In this document: piece by piece, positions 20,773 through 31,897 of the stretch | Numbering within the stretch: position 1 is the stretch's first letter | How the letters are laid out: each line of letters opens with the position of its first letter | DNA from: Escherichia coli | GTDB lineage: Bacteria; Pseudomonadota; Gammaproteobacteria; Enterobacterales; Enterobacteriaceae | Reading direction: 5' to 3' (one strand) | DNA length: 64,000 nt | Assembly (NCBI RefSeq): GCF_017348835.2 | Contig: NZ_CP072317.1 | Notes under the pieces: generated by a model | What the model was told of the DNA's origin: nothing | The model's database searches: none | The model's input: only the letters and a program-made list of their open reading frames with translations | Program-made: the position numbers and the translations under genes

Positions 20773-23399
20773 GCAACACTCCTGTATTTCTCATGTTCTT
20801 CCAGCCAGGCTTCCAGCGAAGCCATCTCCGGCCCTGACTTCTTCCACGCCAGCTGCCACACCGCCTCATGAATACTCAGCCCCTCTTTACGTTTCTGCTG
20901 CACAAACTCAAAATCCGGGCCGTCAGAGCTGTACATGGCGCGGCTTAACGGGTCCACAAACAGGCGGTGCCAGGAGGAATGGTTTTCCACCTGCAGCAGG
21001 AAGGAACTGAACCACTGGTCTTTGGCCGCACCAAACTTACCAATCATGTCGCGCTGCAGTGGCTGGAACTGGTCCGGATACAGCTGGTTGTATTTTGCGA
21101 ACTCCTTCGCACTCTGTTTGAGGATAATTTTGTAGGAGGAGTTACCCCATGCCGCACGGGCCGCACTGGAGGCCTTGTCAGAGTCAAAGTCGACGATGTT
21201 CTGTGTGATGGTGATATAGGCACCGGTATGACGGCGGGCGGTACGGTAACCTTTCTCAATAAACTCACCGACCTTGCGATTTTTGAAGTCCAGCAGACGC
21301 CAGCCTTCATCAATAACGTTCAGTTTCTTGAGGTTACGCGGCGTGCGGTACATCCTGTTCTCGATGTAGATAATCAGGGAGAACATCACCGCAACCAGCA
21401 GTGACGGACGGTCTTCCAGTCCGCCCAGCTCCAGCACCACCATTTTCGCATCATCCCGCAGGGACGGCTCATCGGAGTTAAAATACTGGCCGTAAGTGCC
21501 GTTGGCAGTGTACTGGTCAAGCAGCACAATCATTTCGTCCAGACGGCTGCGGATGGTCGGTGACCCGGCATACTGCTCGCTGTCACTGGCGTTTTTCAGG
21601 AAATCCACCACGTCATCAATACGTGCCCTGTTCTCTTTGGCCAGCCAGGAGGCCCTGACCGCCTGCAGCAGCAGACCTTCATGCACTTCATCCAGGTTAC
21701 CGTTGGGGCTGGCCATCACTGACAACTGGTCACGGACACGCTCCGCTGACTGGTCAATATCGGTGATGTTCGCAAACGGGTTAAAACGCAGGGTTTCACC
21801 GTCCAGATATACGCCACCCATGTTCTCACACAGGGACTTGTAGCCATCCCCCATGTCGAACACCACGGCAAAGCCCCCGGAGTCCAGCACGCTGCGGATA
21901 AGTGGCTGTATCAGCCCGGTTTTACCGGCCCCGGAGGTGCCACAGACCGCCATGTTGTAGTTGGTGTTATTCATCCCCCGGAAGAAAATATCGATAAACG
22001 CCAGCTGGTTACGGTAGGTGGGTGCCAGCAGACCTGCCGGTGTCAGGGGGTTATCCGCCACTAACGGCATCAGGTTGGCAACATTAAAGCTCTCTGCGCG
22101 CTGAACCACTCCGGCCTCTTTCAGCTGTTTAAACAACCCTTTCCCGGCCATAAAGGGCAGACAGGTCAGGAAATTGCGCATGTGGTTAAAGCGCGGTGAA
22201 ATCAGCTCAAAACCGTTTTTACGGAAGCTGTTCAGGATGTCCTGCTCCACTTCCAGCGCCGTTTCATTGTTGTCCTTGCAGAATGCTGTGATGTTGAGGA
22301 AGTAGGACACGACAGAAGACTGACCGGAGCCCAGACGCTGACGCAGTTCCCCCCACTCCTTCGCCTCTTTCTCCACGGACGGAAACCATTTGGCATAGGA
22401 GGTCTTCGACTTTTTCTCCAGGTCCATGTACTTCAGGTTGGCTTCGCTGTGGGTTTTCACCTGGTCTTCCACCACCAGAGTCAGCGTCAGGATGAACGGA
22501 CAGGAGATGGACAGTTCCGGGTTCAGCAGGTTGCTGTAGTTGTCGGCCATATTCCACAGGAAGGCGATTTCCGGGTTACGGGCCAGATGGAAATTCAGGA
22601 TACGGGCCGTGCTGTTCCTGCCGTTCTCACGCAGGCCCAGCGTCAGGTAATCAGCCCGGACATTCAGGTCAAAACTGTCCTCCACACACTGATAATTCAG
22701 ATCAGAATACGGGTCCAGCTGACGTCTTTTCGGGTACAGGGAGTCCGGGTTATGGTTAATCATCTCCCCGACAATATCGATAAAGGCCTGTGCATCCACC
22801 GTCTGTGTGGCGATACTGGCCCCCTGTAACGACGCCCGGATGATTTTCACCAGGTTTTCCATTTCCAGAATGTCAGCCCGGCTTTTTTTCTTCGAGGGAG
22901 AACAGTACGAGATAAATACCCGGTAATGGCGCAGGGTCAGGGGCAGATTCATCCCCTCCGGCAGCGGAAACTGTGTCGCTGCCGCTTTCATATAATAGGC
23001 CCGGGTAATGGCGTTAAACCGTTCAGCCTGTTCACCTGACCAGGAGAACTCACGCAGCCCGTACTCAATCCTGTCACCAACCAGCTGACTGGACATCAGA
23101 TGGATACACAACGGAATACCGCGCGGCAGTTTGGTGCGCAGCATGTGATCGAGTGCCTCCACAATGGACTTATTCGCCCCATTGATGGGAATGGCTTCCA
23201 GCATAAAGCCCATCGTGGTGTCATTCATGAACAGACCGGATTCCTGGTTGTAATCACGGTACGGCAGCAGACGGCTGAACTGCGGGAAGCTCATTTCGCC
23301 CAGAACTTCATTGGCCTTTGCGGATTCGTCAGGCAGTTTCAGTGCTGTGACGAGGGAGTTAACCGCCTGAGTGACGGCCTCAAGTGGGTTATTACTCAT
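20769..23399 (-). CDS. traC: TraC VirB4-like ATPase
   Basis: 876-aa ORF, Walker A GTSGAGKT, matches F TraC. Confidence 0.97.
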   Translation of the reverse strand: MSNNPLEAVTQAVNSLVTALKLPDESAKANEVLGEMSFPQFSRLLPYRDYNQESGLFMNDTTMGFMLEAIPINGANKSIVEALDHMLRTKLPRGIPLCIHLMSSQLVGDRIEYGLREFSWSGEQAERFNAITRAYYMKAAATQFPLPEGMNLPLTLRHYRVFISYCSPSKKKSRADILEMENLVKIIRASLQGASIATQTVDAQAFIDIVGEMINHNPDSLYPKRRQLDPYSDLNYQCVEDSFDLNVRADYLTLGLRENGRNSTARILNFHLARNPEIAFLWNMADNYSNLLNPELSISCPFILTLTLVVEDQVKTHSEANLKYMDLEKKSKTSYAKWFPSVEKEAKEWGELRQRLGSGQSSVVSYFLNITAFCKDNNETALEVEQDILNSFRKNGFELISPRFNHMRNFLTCLPFMAGKGLFKQLKEAGVVQRAESFNVANLMPLVADNPLTPAGLLAPTYRNQLAFIDIFFRGMNNTNYNMAVCGTSGAGKTGLIQPLIRSVLDSGGFAVVFDMGDGYKSLCENMGGVYLDGETLRFNPFANITDIDQSAERVRDQLSVMASPNGNLDEVHEGLLLQAVRASWLAKENRARIDDVVDFLKNASDSEQYAGSPTIRSRLDEMIVLLDQYTANGTYGQYFNSDEPSLRDDAKMVVLELGGLEDRPSLLVAVMFSLIIYIENRMYRTPRNLKKLNVIDEGWRLLDFKNRKVGEFIEKGYRTARRHTGAYITITQNIVDFDSDKASSAARAAWGNSSYKIILKQSAKEFAKYNQLYPDQFQPLQRDMIGKFGAAKDQWFSSFLLQVENHSSWHRLFVDPLSRAMYSSDGPDFEFVQQKRKEGLSIHEAVWQLAWKKSGPEMASLEAWLEEHEKYRSVA

Positions 23400-23524
23400 A
23401 TGAGTATTCCTTAGTGCGTTTAAAAAAGGAAAATATCAGTCTGTGGCCGTGGATATATCACGCAGTGCCATTCCTGAAACCACAGCACAAATAAGAGATG
23501 GAGGCTTTTAACAGGAAACCAGGA

Positions 23525-23899
23525 TTAACGTTCCTTTACTGAATGAGCATCATTTAATGCCTGAATTTGTTTTTCGCGAATCTTATTGCGCTCATTTTCT
23601 CTTACACGTTTCACCTCTGCCATTTCGTTTCTTTTTCTGCATTCTGATGCGATTTTATTTGCCTTACCAAGTGTTAAAGGTTCAGACTGATAATTAAGTG
23701 TCTCCTGAAATGCTTCTGCTGCACAGGGAGTTTCCTGTAAAATCTCTGTCAGTTGTTCTGGTGTTGCAGGTTGTTGCGCAAGGTAAACGATGTAAAAAGG
23801 AATACATACAATCATAGCCATAACGCCAACAAATATAAAAGCCAGAACAGATTTTAAATATATCGACTTCATTTCATTTTCCTTCGAAGCAGTAAGCAC
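23525..23899 (-). CDS. hypothetical membrane protein (cargo between traR and traC)
   Basis: 124-aa ORF, N-terminal TM helix plus basic coiled-coil tail, AT-rich. Confidence 0.45.
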   Translation of the reverse strand: MLTASKENEMKSIYLKSVLAFIFVGVMAMIVCIPFYIVYLAQQPATPEQLTEILQETPCAAEAFQETLNYQSEPLTLGKANKIASECRKRNEMAEVKRVRENERNKIREKQIQALNDAHSVKER

Positions 23900-24118
23900 T
23901 CATTGCCCACCACCATTTAGTGTTTCCATCACGCTGTTCAAAGGTTCATTTGTTTTAACTTCAATACACTCCCCTGTATTTCCAAAGCCCCTGCCGCCAT
24001 GTGCTTCGATTGTCCGAAGAACCTGCACGCATACGTCCGTATTTGGCATGGGTGTAATATTCCAGCTTCCGCCACCGTTAATATTTTTTATCAGCACAAG
24101 AAAAATAAAGGTATGCAT
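23900..24118 (-). CDS. hypothetical small protein (cargo between traR and traC)
   Basis: 72-aa ORF adjacent to neighbours, AT-rich. Confidence 0.35.
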   Translation of the reverse strand: MHTFIFLVLIKNINGGGSWNITPMPNTDVCVQVLRTIEAHGGRGFGNTGECIEVKTNEPLNSVMETLNGGGQ

Positions 24119-24197
24119 TCTTTATTATCTCCGCTTGTATATTAATCACTGAATATCCCTTCAGTTAACTTATGAGGTCATAAAACACTGCAGATTC

Positions 24198-24674
24198 TCA
24201 TTCGGATTTATTCCCTTCAGTAAACTTCCGAATAGTATCCTGTTCACGCTGACGGGTGGCAGACTCCTGCATTGCATCCACTTTCTCCTGCCAGAGACGC
24301 CGGATATCCTGTTCATCCCGACCAGTCAGTTTTTTACCGGACAACAAACGGTTAAGCAGTTCCTGTCTCACATCTGGTACGTCTTCAGTCAGACGCATAA
24401 GCCGGAGTAATTCCTGACGACTGAGTACCATGCGTGATTCCTCCGGTACGCTGTAATAATTAAAAATACGACTGAATACCCCACAACAGCAGGCAACGGA
24501 CAGGCACAGGGATTTCAGATACAGGCCAGAAACACAGAATGTGGCAACACCACAAAGAATAGCTATAACTAAAAATCCCTTACCCAGTGCCATACACAAA
24601 GAACCCTGTTTTCTGGATATCCGCTCATGCTCATCCAGAATAAAATCTATTTTTTCATTTTCTGATTTATGCAT
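24198..24674 (-). CDS. hypothetical membrane protein (cargo between traR and traC)
   Basis: ORF 24198..24713; probable start at internal Met; cysteine-rich TM segment. Confidence 0.45.
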   Translation of the reverse strand: MHKSENEKIDFILDEHERISRKQGSLCMALGKGFLVIAILCGVATFCVSGLYLKSLCLSVACCCGVFSRIFNYYSVPEESRMVLSRQELLRLMRLTEDVPDVRQELLNRLLSGKKLTGRDEQDIRRLWQEKVDAMQESATRQREQDTIRKFTEGNKSE

Positions 24675-24888
24675 AGTGTTTCCTCTGCCTTTCCTGATAC
24701 GCCTGACATTCAACGCACAACGTCACACCGGGAAATATTTTCCGCCGGGCTTCCGGAATAGGATTTCCGCATGCTTCACAGAGATAAACAGGAATACCAT
24801 GAACATTTATTTCCTGGCGTATCCGGTTTATTCCTGTCATGGTCAGTTGTTCTGTCACTGAATATGCTTCATCGGCTTCATCACTCAC
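24667..24888 (-). CDS. traR: TraR DksA-like zinc-finger protein
   Basis: 73-aa ORF with CxxC...CxxC motif, matches F TraR. Confidence 0.9.
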   Translation of the reverse strand: MSDEADEAYSVTEQLTMTGINRIRQEINVHGIPVYLCEACGNPIPEARRKIFPGVTLCVECQAYQERQRKHYA

Positions 24889-25022
24889 GGAATATTCCTC
24901 CCGACATGTTCTGACACGCTACCGCCCATCCCTTTTCACGCACAGGGCACTCGTTTTACAGGCGGATTTTGAATACAGAAAGCCCGCCGGCATTGCCGGC
25001 TGATATACAACTTCAGGGCCAG

Positions 25023-25538
25023 TTAATTAATACGTGGTTTTCCCCACGCAGACGGTTTAATAACAAAAAACACGCTGGATGGCTGATGATAAACATCCTG
25101 GTTATCAATATAAGGCGCTATCCATAATGCTGCCGTCTGCTCACCCGTTCTTAGCGGACGAGGAGGTGTTACCGGCGTAACTGAACTGACCGGAACAACC
25201 GTTTTCACTTCCCGGGCAGCGGTAAACAGCGGGCGTGGTGCCAGCAGTTTCTGCTCCGGATGTGCTGTCACCGCAGGTCTGCTGCCGGACGGAGTGGTCG
25301 CGGTGACGGTCTGCACCGGCATTGTCCGGAAGTTCCCTTCAGCCAGGCGCGGCAGTGATGCCGCAACCGGCTTTGCTTCTGAGGACTGCTCCAGTTTTTT
25401 GGCCTTCTCATTGGCCTGCTCCATCGTCATACAGGTATCGGATGTGGTGGCGTTACACTCAAATTCCGTATTTGTTCCTGCGCAGCCGGAAAGTAATAAG
25501 GTTCCCAGCAGAGGAATAAATAAAGAAATCTGTTTCAT
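25023..25538 (-). CDS. traV: TraV outer membrane lipoprotein
   Basis: 171-aa ORF with lipobox LSGC. Confidence 0.9.
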   Translation of the reverse strand: MKQISLFIPLLGTLLLSGCAGTNTEFECNATTSDTCMTMEQANEKAKKLEQSSEAKPVAASLPRLAEGNFRTMPVQTVTATTPSGSRPAVTAHPEQKLLAPRPLFTAAREVKTVVPVSSVTPVTPPRPLRTGEQTAALWIAPYIDNQDVYHQPSSVFFVIKPSAWGKPRIN

Positions 25539-25786
25539 TGCCCTTCTCCTTTTTTATTACTCCCCACAACAGCAGAAATTAACTCTGCTGTCAGATTTGT
25601 TTTCCCTGCACAGGGATGTCCGGAGACCACTGTATTTCCCGGAGAAGAAAATAAGCTCATCGACATTCCCTTCTTCATCACACCGACAGCAGCCATATTA
25701 AAATTGTGCGGCAATGATTCAGAACTGAACACCTTCGGAGCAGGAAGAACTATTTTTGTGGTGCAGTTACTGAGAACAGCATGCAT
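25535..25786 (-). CDS. trbG: TrbG-like protein
   Basis: Distal 83 codons (from MHAVLSN) of the 25535..25903 ORF; F TrbG is 83 aa. Confidence 0.5.
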   Translation of the reverse strand: MHAVLSNCTTKIVLPAPKVFSSESLPHNFNMAAVGVMKKGMSMSLFSSPGNTVVSGHPCAGKTNLTAELISAVVGSNKKGEGQ

Positions 25787-25841
25787 AAAATCATCTGATA
25801 CGTTTTTATCCGGCACAACGCGGGCTGTAATAACATTAATA

Positions 25842-26429
25842 TTACGCATGTTCATTTTTATCTCCGTTGCTTCTGTTTGTTCGGTCATCAGGGAAATAAA
25901 CATGGCATTTCCTGATTTTTCCCGGCAGGGAAGCGTCTTCCGTATAAACGTCCTTCAGATATTCATCTGCGGTTACCACCCGGATACATTTCATTTTTCC
26001 GGGCAGCACCGGATATTTCCCGGTGCCTGCCGCAAACGACATATACATCAGTGCCAGCGTTGCCCAGAATGCGGTGACCAGTTGCATCAGTGACCGGTCA
26101 GTCTCCCTGACATAATCTGCAGCATCAGCCGCGCGGTAATGGCAGATATCCTGTATTTCTGATCTGCCTGAAGAATCAGAGGAAGAAAACCAGCATTCAC
26201 TGACCGGGAACTGTCCGGCAGGTGCTGTTTGTCTTACGAAGTTAATCTCCTTAACCAGTAATTTCCCCGGCGTGGTGTTGTCCTTCCATAAAACAAACAG
26301 AGCCATCAGGGCCATTGTGGCCAGCGGCCAGATAACCACAAACCTGACGACCCACAGCAGCCAGCGAACGACAAACGCCACACGGAATGTCAGTGCATCA
26401 CCCGCCATTTCCGCCCTCCTTGCCGGCAT
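25842..26429 (-). CDS. traP: TraP membrane protein
   Basis: 195-aa ORF with N-terminal TM helices in F traP position. Confidence 0.8.
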   Translation of the reverse strand: MPARRAEMAGDALTFRVAFVVRWLLWVVRFVVIWPLATMALMALFVLWKDNTTPGKLLVKEINFVRQTAPAGQFPVSECWFSSSDSSGRSEIQDICHYRAADAADYVRETDRSLMQLVTAFWATLALMYMSFAAGTGKYPVLPGKMKCIRVVTADEYLKDVYTEDASLPGKIRKCHVYFPDDRTNRSNGDKNEHA

Positions 26430-27849
26430 CCCCGCCCAGCGGGTTCTTGTCTCCGGACATAAACTGCTGCGGATTCAGATTGCCCAGCTGTTTCAGCATC
26501 TGGTCGGTGTTAAAACCGTTCAGGTGGCTTTCTGCCGAGGGAGGATTCGGCACCGGGCTTTCCGGGTTACCCTCTTCCGCTGTACTCTGTGACTGCTCCA
26601 GTGCCATTTCCTCCACGGTTTTCAGCTGGAAGCCGTCCTGGAACACCACGGTCACTTCGTTGCCCGCACCAATCGGTATCACCGGGTGATACTGTTCGGC
26701 ACGTTTGATGTAGTAGTCACTGAGCGTCTGTGCGGCTTTCGATGCGCCGCCACCGATACCCATTTTCAGGACATCACCAGCCCCGTAAGCGGCTGTGGCA
26801 CCCAGCCCGACAGCCGGTTGGGAGGCGCGCTCCATTCCCTGACCGATACCGTCAACAAATCCCGCGCCCCATGCCCAGCCGAGGATTTTGCCGTTACGCA
26901 TCACCACTTCGCCCTTGATACCGTTTTTACCCCGGAAGCTGACATGCCCCTTAATCGGCATATCAATAGTTTTGCCGTCCTTCAGGCAACTGATATTGCG
27001 GGTGCGTACAATGGCACGTTCACTGGACACATCCCCCCAGGCTTCCAGCCCCACAAAACATCCCGTTGCGTCATACGTCTTGCTGTTCGGCATTTCCACC
27101 AGGCCGGTGATACGCAACTGCATCGGCACCGTGGATTCATTACCGGTGACTGAGGCATTGGCATCCGCCCCTTCAATCAGCATGGCTTTCGCAAAACTTC
27201 CTGACGGAATGTACGGCAGCGATGGTCCCTGTTTTCCCTCATTACGGGTAAACACCTTACGCTGTATCCGGTTAGGCACCGGCACAGACTGGTACGTCAC
27301 CTGTGGTGGTGGCGTGACACCATTCCCGGGATAAAACGCCGTCGGCGGTGGAACAGCAACGCTGCCCTGCGGCGGGAAGGATACGGGGGTGTTTCCTGGC
27401 TGTGGTTCGCCTTCCGGGCCGGGCGGTGGGGCAGGCATCTGCGGTACAGGCTCACCGGTCGCCGTGACGGGATTAGCACCCAGGGCTTTTACCTGCTCTG
27501 CCAGGGCGGCATTGTCCTGTCCCAGCTTTTCAATACGACGCTGGTCATCACCGCGCTGTTTGTTCAGAACATCCAGCTCACGACGGATTTCCTCATACTG
27601 CTTCTGCATCTGCGCTGCCGTCACCTGCATCTCTGTGGTGGCATGCTGACGCACCTTGTCATCAAAGGTCGTATCCACCACACCGGTCATATCCGGCACA
27701 GGCTCCTGTTCAGCCACGGTTTCACCGTTACCGGACATGTCCACATCAGACAGATACAGTGCCCCACCAATCGCGGAGGCTGTACCGACAACCACAATCC
27801 CCAGCCACAGGTACTGCTTGCGTTTCACAATGGTATTGATACTGGCCAT
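26398..27849 (-). CDS. traB: TraB (VirB10-like)
   Basis: 483-aa ORF, proline-rich linker, matches F TraB. Confidence 0.95.
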   Translation of the reverse strand: MASINTIVKRKQYLWLGIVVVGTASAIGGALYLSDVDMSGNGETVAEQEPVPDMTGVVDTTFDDKVRQHATTEMQVTAAQMQKQYEEIRRELDVLNKQRGDDQRRIEKLGQDNAALAEQVKALGANPVTATGEPVPQMPAPPPGPEGEPQPGNTPVSFPPQGSVAVPPPTAFYPGNGVTPPPQVTYQSVPVPNRIQRKVFTRNEGKQGPSLPYIPSGSFAKAMLIEGADANASVTGNESTVPMQLRITGLVEMPNSKTYDATGCFVGLEAWGDVSSERAIVRTRNISCLKDGKTIDMPIKGHVSFRGKNGIKGEVVMRNGKILGWAWGAGFVDGIGQGMERASQPAVGLGATAAYGAGDVLKMGIGGGASKAAQTLSDYYIKRAEQYHPVIPIGAGNEVTVVFQDGFQLKTVEEMALEQSQSTAEEGNPESPVPNPPSAESHLNGFNTDQMLKQLGNLNPQQFMSGDKNPLGGDAGKEGGNGG

Positions 27850-28577
27850 CAGTTGCCCTCCCCGTCACGGATGACATACACATCCATGCGCGCACCTGCC
27901 AGTAACTGGCTGGCAGGCTGGCTGAACATCACGGCACGGGTTCCCGGCTGCCAGAAATCACTTTCCCGGATATTCAGGGCAGACAGCGTTTTATTTTCCA
28001 CGACAAAGCGGACCATCTTCAGGTGATTCCCCGTCCATACGGAATCTGCCACTGAAGACAGCCCCGCCGGGGCCTGCAGGGTTTCCTTTGTCACAGGAAC
28101 CTGATACCAGCCTGCAGGTAATTTTCCGCCACGGACAGCCTGGCTGATGGTCACAAGCAGGGATTCGTAAGGCGTGGACGTTTCCCACGCTCCGGCTTCT
28201 TCTCCGGTTCCGCGCAGGTCACTGACCAGCTGAATGGTACGCCCCGCGCCTTCACGGGGAACAGCCTGAATGGAAAGGTTCAGACCACGCTCTGTTTCCA
28301 GAATGAACGTAAAGGGCTTTTTGTTGACGGTGGCCACCACCACACCGCCGGAGGCGGTCTGCTCATTATTGGTCAGGGCACCATCCAGACTGTTCACGGC
28401 GATAATCCGGTCACCGGGAACGGTAAACAGATTCGGGCTGGTATTGCTGATGGCAATACTGGCCTGACCACCGTTCACCATTGGCACCACAGTGGGGGCC
28501 AGCGTACCGTTTGCGGCCATCACGCTGCAGGAAAAAAACAGGCCGCCGAATATTATTGCCGTATTATTTTTTCTCAT
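27849..28577 (-). CDS. traK: TraK secretin-like protein
   Basis: 242-aa ORF with signal peptide. Confidence 0.95.
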
Positions 28578-29130
28578 CGTCTGTTTCCCCGAAATTATCC
28601 AGCCAGGTCACCCCGTTTTCCCGCTTCAGAATAAGGATGTAATGTTTGATATCAGTAAAAGGTTCGGAGTTACCAATCCATGTTTTCCGAATTCCACGGA
28701 TTTCCACACGACCATACTGAGGCCAGACACGGACACTGGTCTGGAAAAAAGCAGAATTCACGTTATCTTTTTTAATGAGTTTCGCTTCTTCAGCCAGAAT
28801 AACTTTCATCTGGTTCTGTGCACCCGGGCGGATATATTGCAGAAGCGCCTGATGTGAAGCATCGACGATTTCCGGTGAGACATTCAGACGGAGGGCAATA
28901 AATGACAGCGCCATCTGCTGCAAATAAGAGGCATCGGCACTGTTCTGTGACACGGCAAAGGGCACATTAAATCCCATTGGGGTCACGGCAGTGCGTTGCT
29001 CATTCTGAAGACGGTAGTTATTCACCCCCTGAATGAGGTTAACAGAGAGGCTGAGAACAATAAGCACTGACATAAATATAAAGGCGATGGCCATTACACG
29101 ACTGGTACTTAAACGGGCACCGTGTTCCAT
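28564..29130 (-). CDS. traE: TraE pilus assembly protein
   Basis: 188-aa ORF with N-terminal TM anchor. Confidence 0.95.
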
Positions 29131-29151
29131 ATAACAATCCTGGTATCAGTT

Positions 29152-29463
29152 CTATTTAATCCACTGCCGGAAACACGAATCGGGAACATTATGAAAAATA
29201 CCGCGCAGCAGGGCTGTTGGCATATACCAGTAAATCAGGTCACGTAACCAGGAACTGCCCCGCCCTTTTTTCAGTTTTTTAATCCCGAAATAAACCAGAA
29301 CCGCTGCACCAATACCGAACAGATATTTCGATGTTGTGATACCCCAGCCAACACAGATTGCTGCGGGGATCAGTTCATCCAGTGGCAGGCCAAACCAGCG
29401 GCTCTGGTTGGTCAGTGTTTCCGGGAAACGATATTTCTTAAGTTTATTCTCGTCTCCCGACAT
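29152..29463 (-). CDS. traL: TraL pilus assembly protein
   Basis: 103-aa membrane ORF between traA and traE. Confidence 0.9.
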   Translation of the reverse strand: MSGDENKLKKYRFPETLTNQSRWFGLPLDELIPAAICVGWGITTSKYLFGIGAAVLVYFGIKKLKKGRGSSWLRDLIYWYMPTALLRGIFHNVPDSCFRQWIK

Positions 29464-29477
29464 CGTTTTATTTCCTG

Positions 29478-29837
29478 TCAGAGGCCAACGACGCTCATAC
29501 CCACAGCAATAAATACAGAGATGATGGCAAAGCCGACCAGGAACTTGACGTTTTTGGTCATCATGTACATGACCGCACCGACCAGCACCTCAGCCAGAAC
29601 AACCCATTTAACGATACTGGAGTCCTTACCGAAGGTCGCCTTAACCGTATCGTTACCTTTAGCCATCAGGTCGCCTTTACCAGCAGCCATAGCTAACTCA
29701 GGGAACAACATCATCAGAACAGCAACCGGGATCACTGCACGAACCAGGCGAAGCATATTCAGACGAGTGAATTTAGAAAAAAACGATTTCTTTTCAACGG
29801 GCGCAGAAGCACCCTGAACACTTAAAACAGTATTCAT
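29478..29837 (-). CDS. traA: TraA propilin
   Basis: 119-aa ORF with long leader ending AMA and hydrophobic mature pilin. Confidence 0.95.
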   Translation of the reverse strand: MNTVLSVQGASAPVEKKSFFSKFTRLNMLRLVRAVIPVAVLMMLFPELAMAAGKGDLMAKGNDTVKATFGKDSSIVKWVVLAEVLVGAVMYMMTKNVKFLVGFAIISVFIAVGMSVVGL

Positions 29838-29869
29838 AAGTTACCTCTATTGTGGATAGATTAATAAAC

Positions 29870-30097
29870 CTAAAGATCTTTAATTATCGAATCAGTTTCC
29901 TCTGCTCCCTCCTTTATTGCATCCAGATTATAAAAGTCAGGAAAACGGTTCAGATGATCACGTAACCTGACTAGCACCTCATTAGTTTTTGTTCTCCCAC
30001 TACGTTCCCGGGCACCTAAGAGCTTGTGATTAGTAGCATCGTCCAATACCAGTAAAACTTTATTGCCCGGAGCAGGCCTTATTATATTTCTGCTCAA
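29870..30097 (-). CDS. traY: TraY (short R100-type ribbon-helix-helix oriT-binding protein)
   Basis: 75-aa ORF immediately upstream of traA. Confidence 0.8.
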   Translation of the reverse strand: MSRNIIRPAPGNKVLLVLDDATNHKLLGARERSGRTKTNEVLVRLRDHLNRFPDFYNLDAIKEGAEETDSIIKDL

Positions 30098-30233
30098 GTC
30101 TCCTCCTCAGCCACTTAGATAATTAAATATAATTATACGAATCCATAAAAATAGAAACGAAAATAGAGTAAATTACATTAACAAAACAAGGTGACATAAT
30201 GTCACCTTGTTTTTAACAAAAACGAAACATCAA

Positions 30234-30905
30234 CTATTCAGCACATTTTAAAATAAAAAACAATTCATCAAAGAATAAACTATGCATCCTGCTTGTATGA
30301 AAAATCATTAACAAATCATGTTTTGAATGTATACCGAAAAACTTATACACTTCTGAAATTGCATTCCGGGAAGAACCATTAGTAATAGACAAAAGAGATG
30401 CTATCGATTCATGACAAAAACCAAATGAATAAAGAATAAAAACTTTCCATTGGATTTCCGTTGATTTGTTTTTAAATTCAAGCATTCTGTCATTTGTTAT
30501 ATTTGTACGTAATCCTCTACAATAATCCACTATCACATTAGAATTTTTGCAGAAAAAAAGCCATAAAACATTAACCACCTCCCCATATATTAATGGTATA
30601 AATTGTACCAGCCAGAGTTTATCACCTATAGCCACGCTCTGTATTTTATTCATGGACGAAGGCAAAGACATAGCATCCAGTTCTTCTCTTAAGAACGATG
30701 TAGCTACTTGTACAGGAAGGGAGTAAAACCACTCTTTGATATCAAGACTACCTATAAATTCTTTAGAGAATTTTTCATTGTAGCCGATAAAATCTCCATT
30801 AGTATTTCGAACACAAGCAGGGATTGAAAAAACATCGACAAAAAACTGTTTATCCAAATATATTTGACGTTCAGTATTAAGTTGTCTAGGATCCGTCGGA
30901 TACAT
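30234..30905 (-). CDS. traJ: TraJ transfer activator (R100-type)
   Basis: 223-aa AT-rich ORF; ATG at 30905-30903 with AGGAGG RBS. Confidence 0.85.
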   Translation of the reverse strand: MYPTDPRQLNTERQIYLDKQFFVDVFSIPACVRNTNGDFIGYNEKFSKEFIGSLDIKEWFYSLPVQVATSFLREELDAMSLPSSMNKIQSVAIGDKLWLVQFIPLIYGEVVNVLWLFFCKNSNVIVDYCRGLRTNITNDRMLEFKNKSTEIQWKVFILYSFGFCHESIASLLSITNGSSRNAISEVYKFFGIHSKHDLLMIFHTSRMHSLFFDELFFILKCAE

Positions 30906-30979
30906 AGGAACCTCCTCTCAAAGGATTCTATGGACAGTCGATGCGGGGAGGTCGCTCTCCCTGCATCGGCGATTTTTAA
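30902..30979 (+). ncRNA. finP: FinP antisense RNA (approximate ends)
   Basis: Antisense to traJ RBS and start; two stem-loops, second (30944-30972) followed by GATTTTT on + strand. Confidence 0.6.
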
Positions 30980-31098
30980 TATCTGTTTTAACGTGGCATT
31001 AACCACATAATTAATATAACCTTTATGTGGTTAATTGTCATCAAATTGAACCAGATCAAAATCCTGTTATTTGAAGTAAATCAACTTTTAATTCTTTT

Positions 31099-31482
31099 TT
31101 ATTCCTCATCATTTTTTGGAAAAAATCGTTCCATCTCAGATGACACCTTCTCACGAATATCTTCAACCATATTGGCATATTCAAACTTTGGATTCCCGGA
31201 GACATGGGGACTTAGAGACTCAATACCCAAAATTTTCGCTACTGATGACTGTGTTTTTACAACACATTCAAGAAGAAGTTTATTAAACTCTGTCTGATTA
31301 AACGCAGACTCTTTACGCTCCATCTGAGCCTCATATACACGAAGCCCCAGTTCAAGAAGCATTGAAGCTGTTCCCGAAACACTTATATCTTTATCTCTTG
31401 CCCCCTCCTGACGACGCTGTTCAACTATCGCATTTACTTTATCATAGACATCATTACTGATATACAAAATTACTCTGGCCAT
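31099..31482 (-). CDS. traM: TraM relaxosome accessory protein
   Basis: ORF 31099..31584; start set at MARVILYISND to give 127 aa as in F TraM. Confidence 0.9.
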   Translation of the reverse strand: MARVILYISNDVYDKVNAIVEQRRQEGARDKDISVSGTASMLLELGLRVYEAQMERKESAFNQTEFNKLLLECVVKTQSSVAKILGIESLSPHVSGNPKFEYANMVEDIREKVSSEMERFFPKNDEE

Positions 31483-31599
31483 AAGATAAAACCTTTCATT
31501 ATTAAGCAATGAACTTTTCACTATAAATATGCATATAGTGTTTACAAGTAAGAAAGACACTCCTAGCAGCGCCTCTAGGATCATCCTATAAAAAAATGC

Positions 31600-31870
31600 G
31601 ATCCGGCGCTAGGGGCGTCCCTAATATATATCAATGTTTTTCATGAAAATTGTCAGTACTGATCCTAATAAGAGTCGCTATAGGGTCGTAACAGGATCGC
31701 CAACGACTCTCTATTTAATAATTCAGAATTATTAAATATAAATAGCGTTTGTTAATTACATGATTTAAAACGTAAATCAGCAAAAACTTGTTTTTGCGTA
31801 GTGTGTGGTGCTTTTGGTGGTGAGAACCACCAACCTGTTGAGCCTTTTTGTGGAGTGGGTTAAATTATTT
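31600..31870 (+). other. oriT: oriT, nic within GTGTGT/GGTGC at about 31806/31807 on + strand
   Basis: Sequence TTTGCGTAGTGTGTGGTGCTTTTGGTGGTGAGAACCACCAACCTGTTGAG matches F/R100 oriT core; lies between traM and orf169. Confidence 0.8.
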
Positions 31871-31897
31871 ACGGATAAAGTCACCAGAGGTGGAAAA

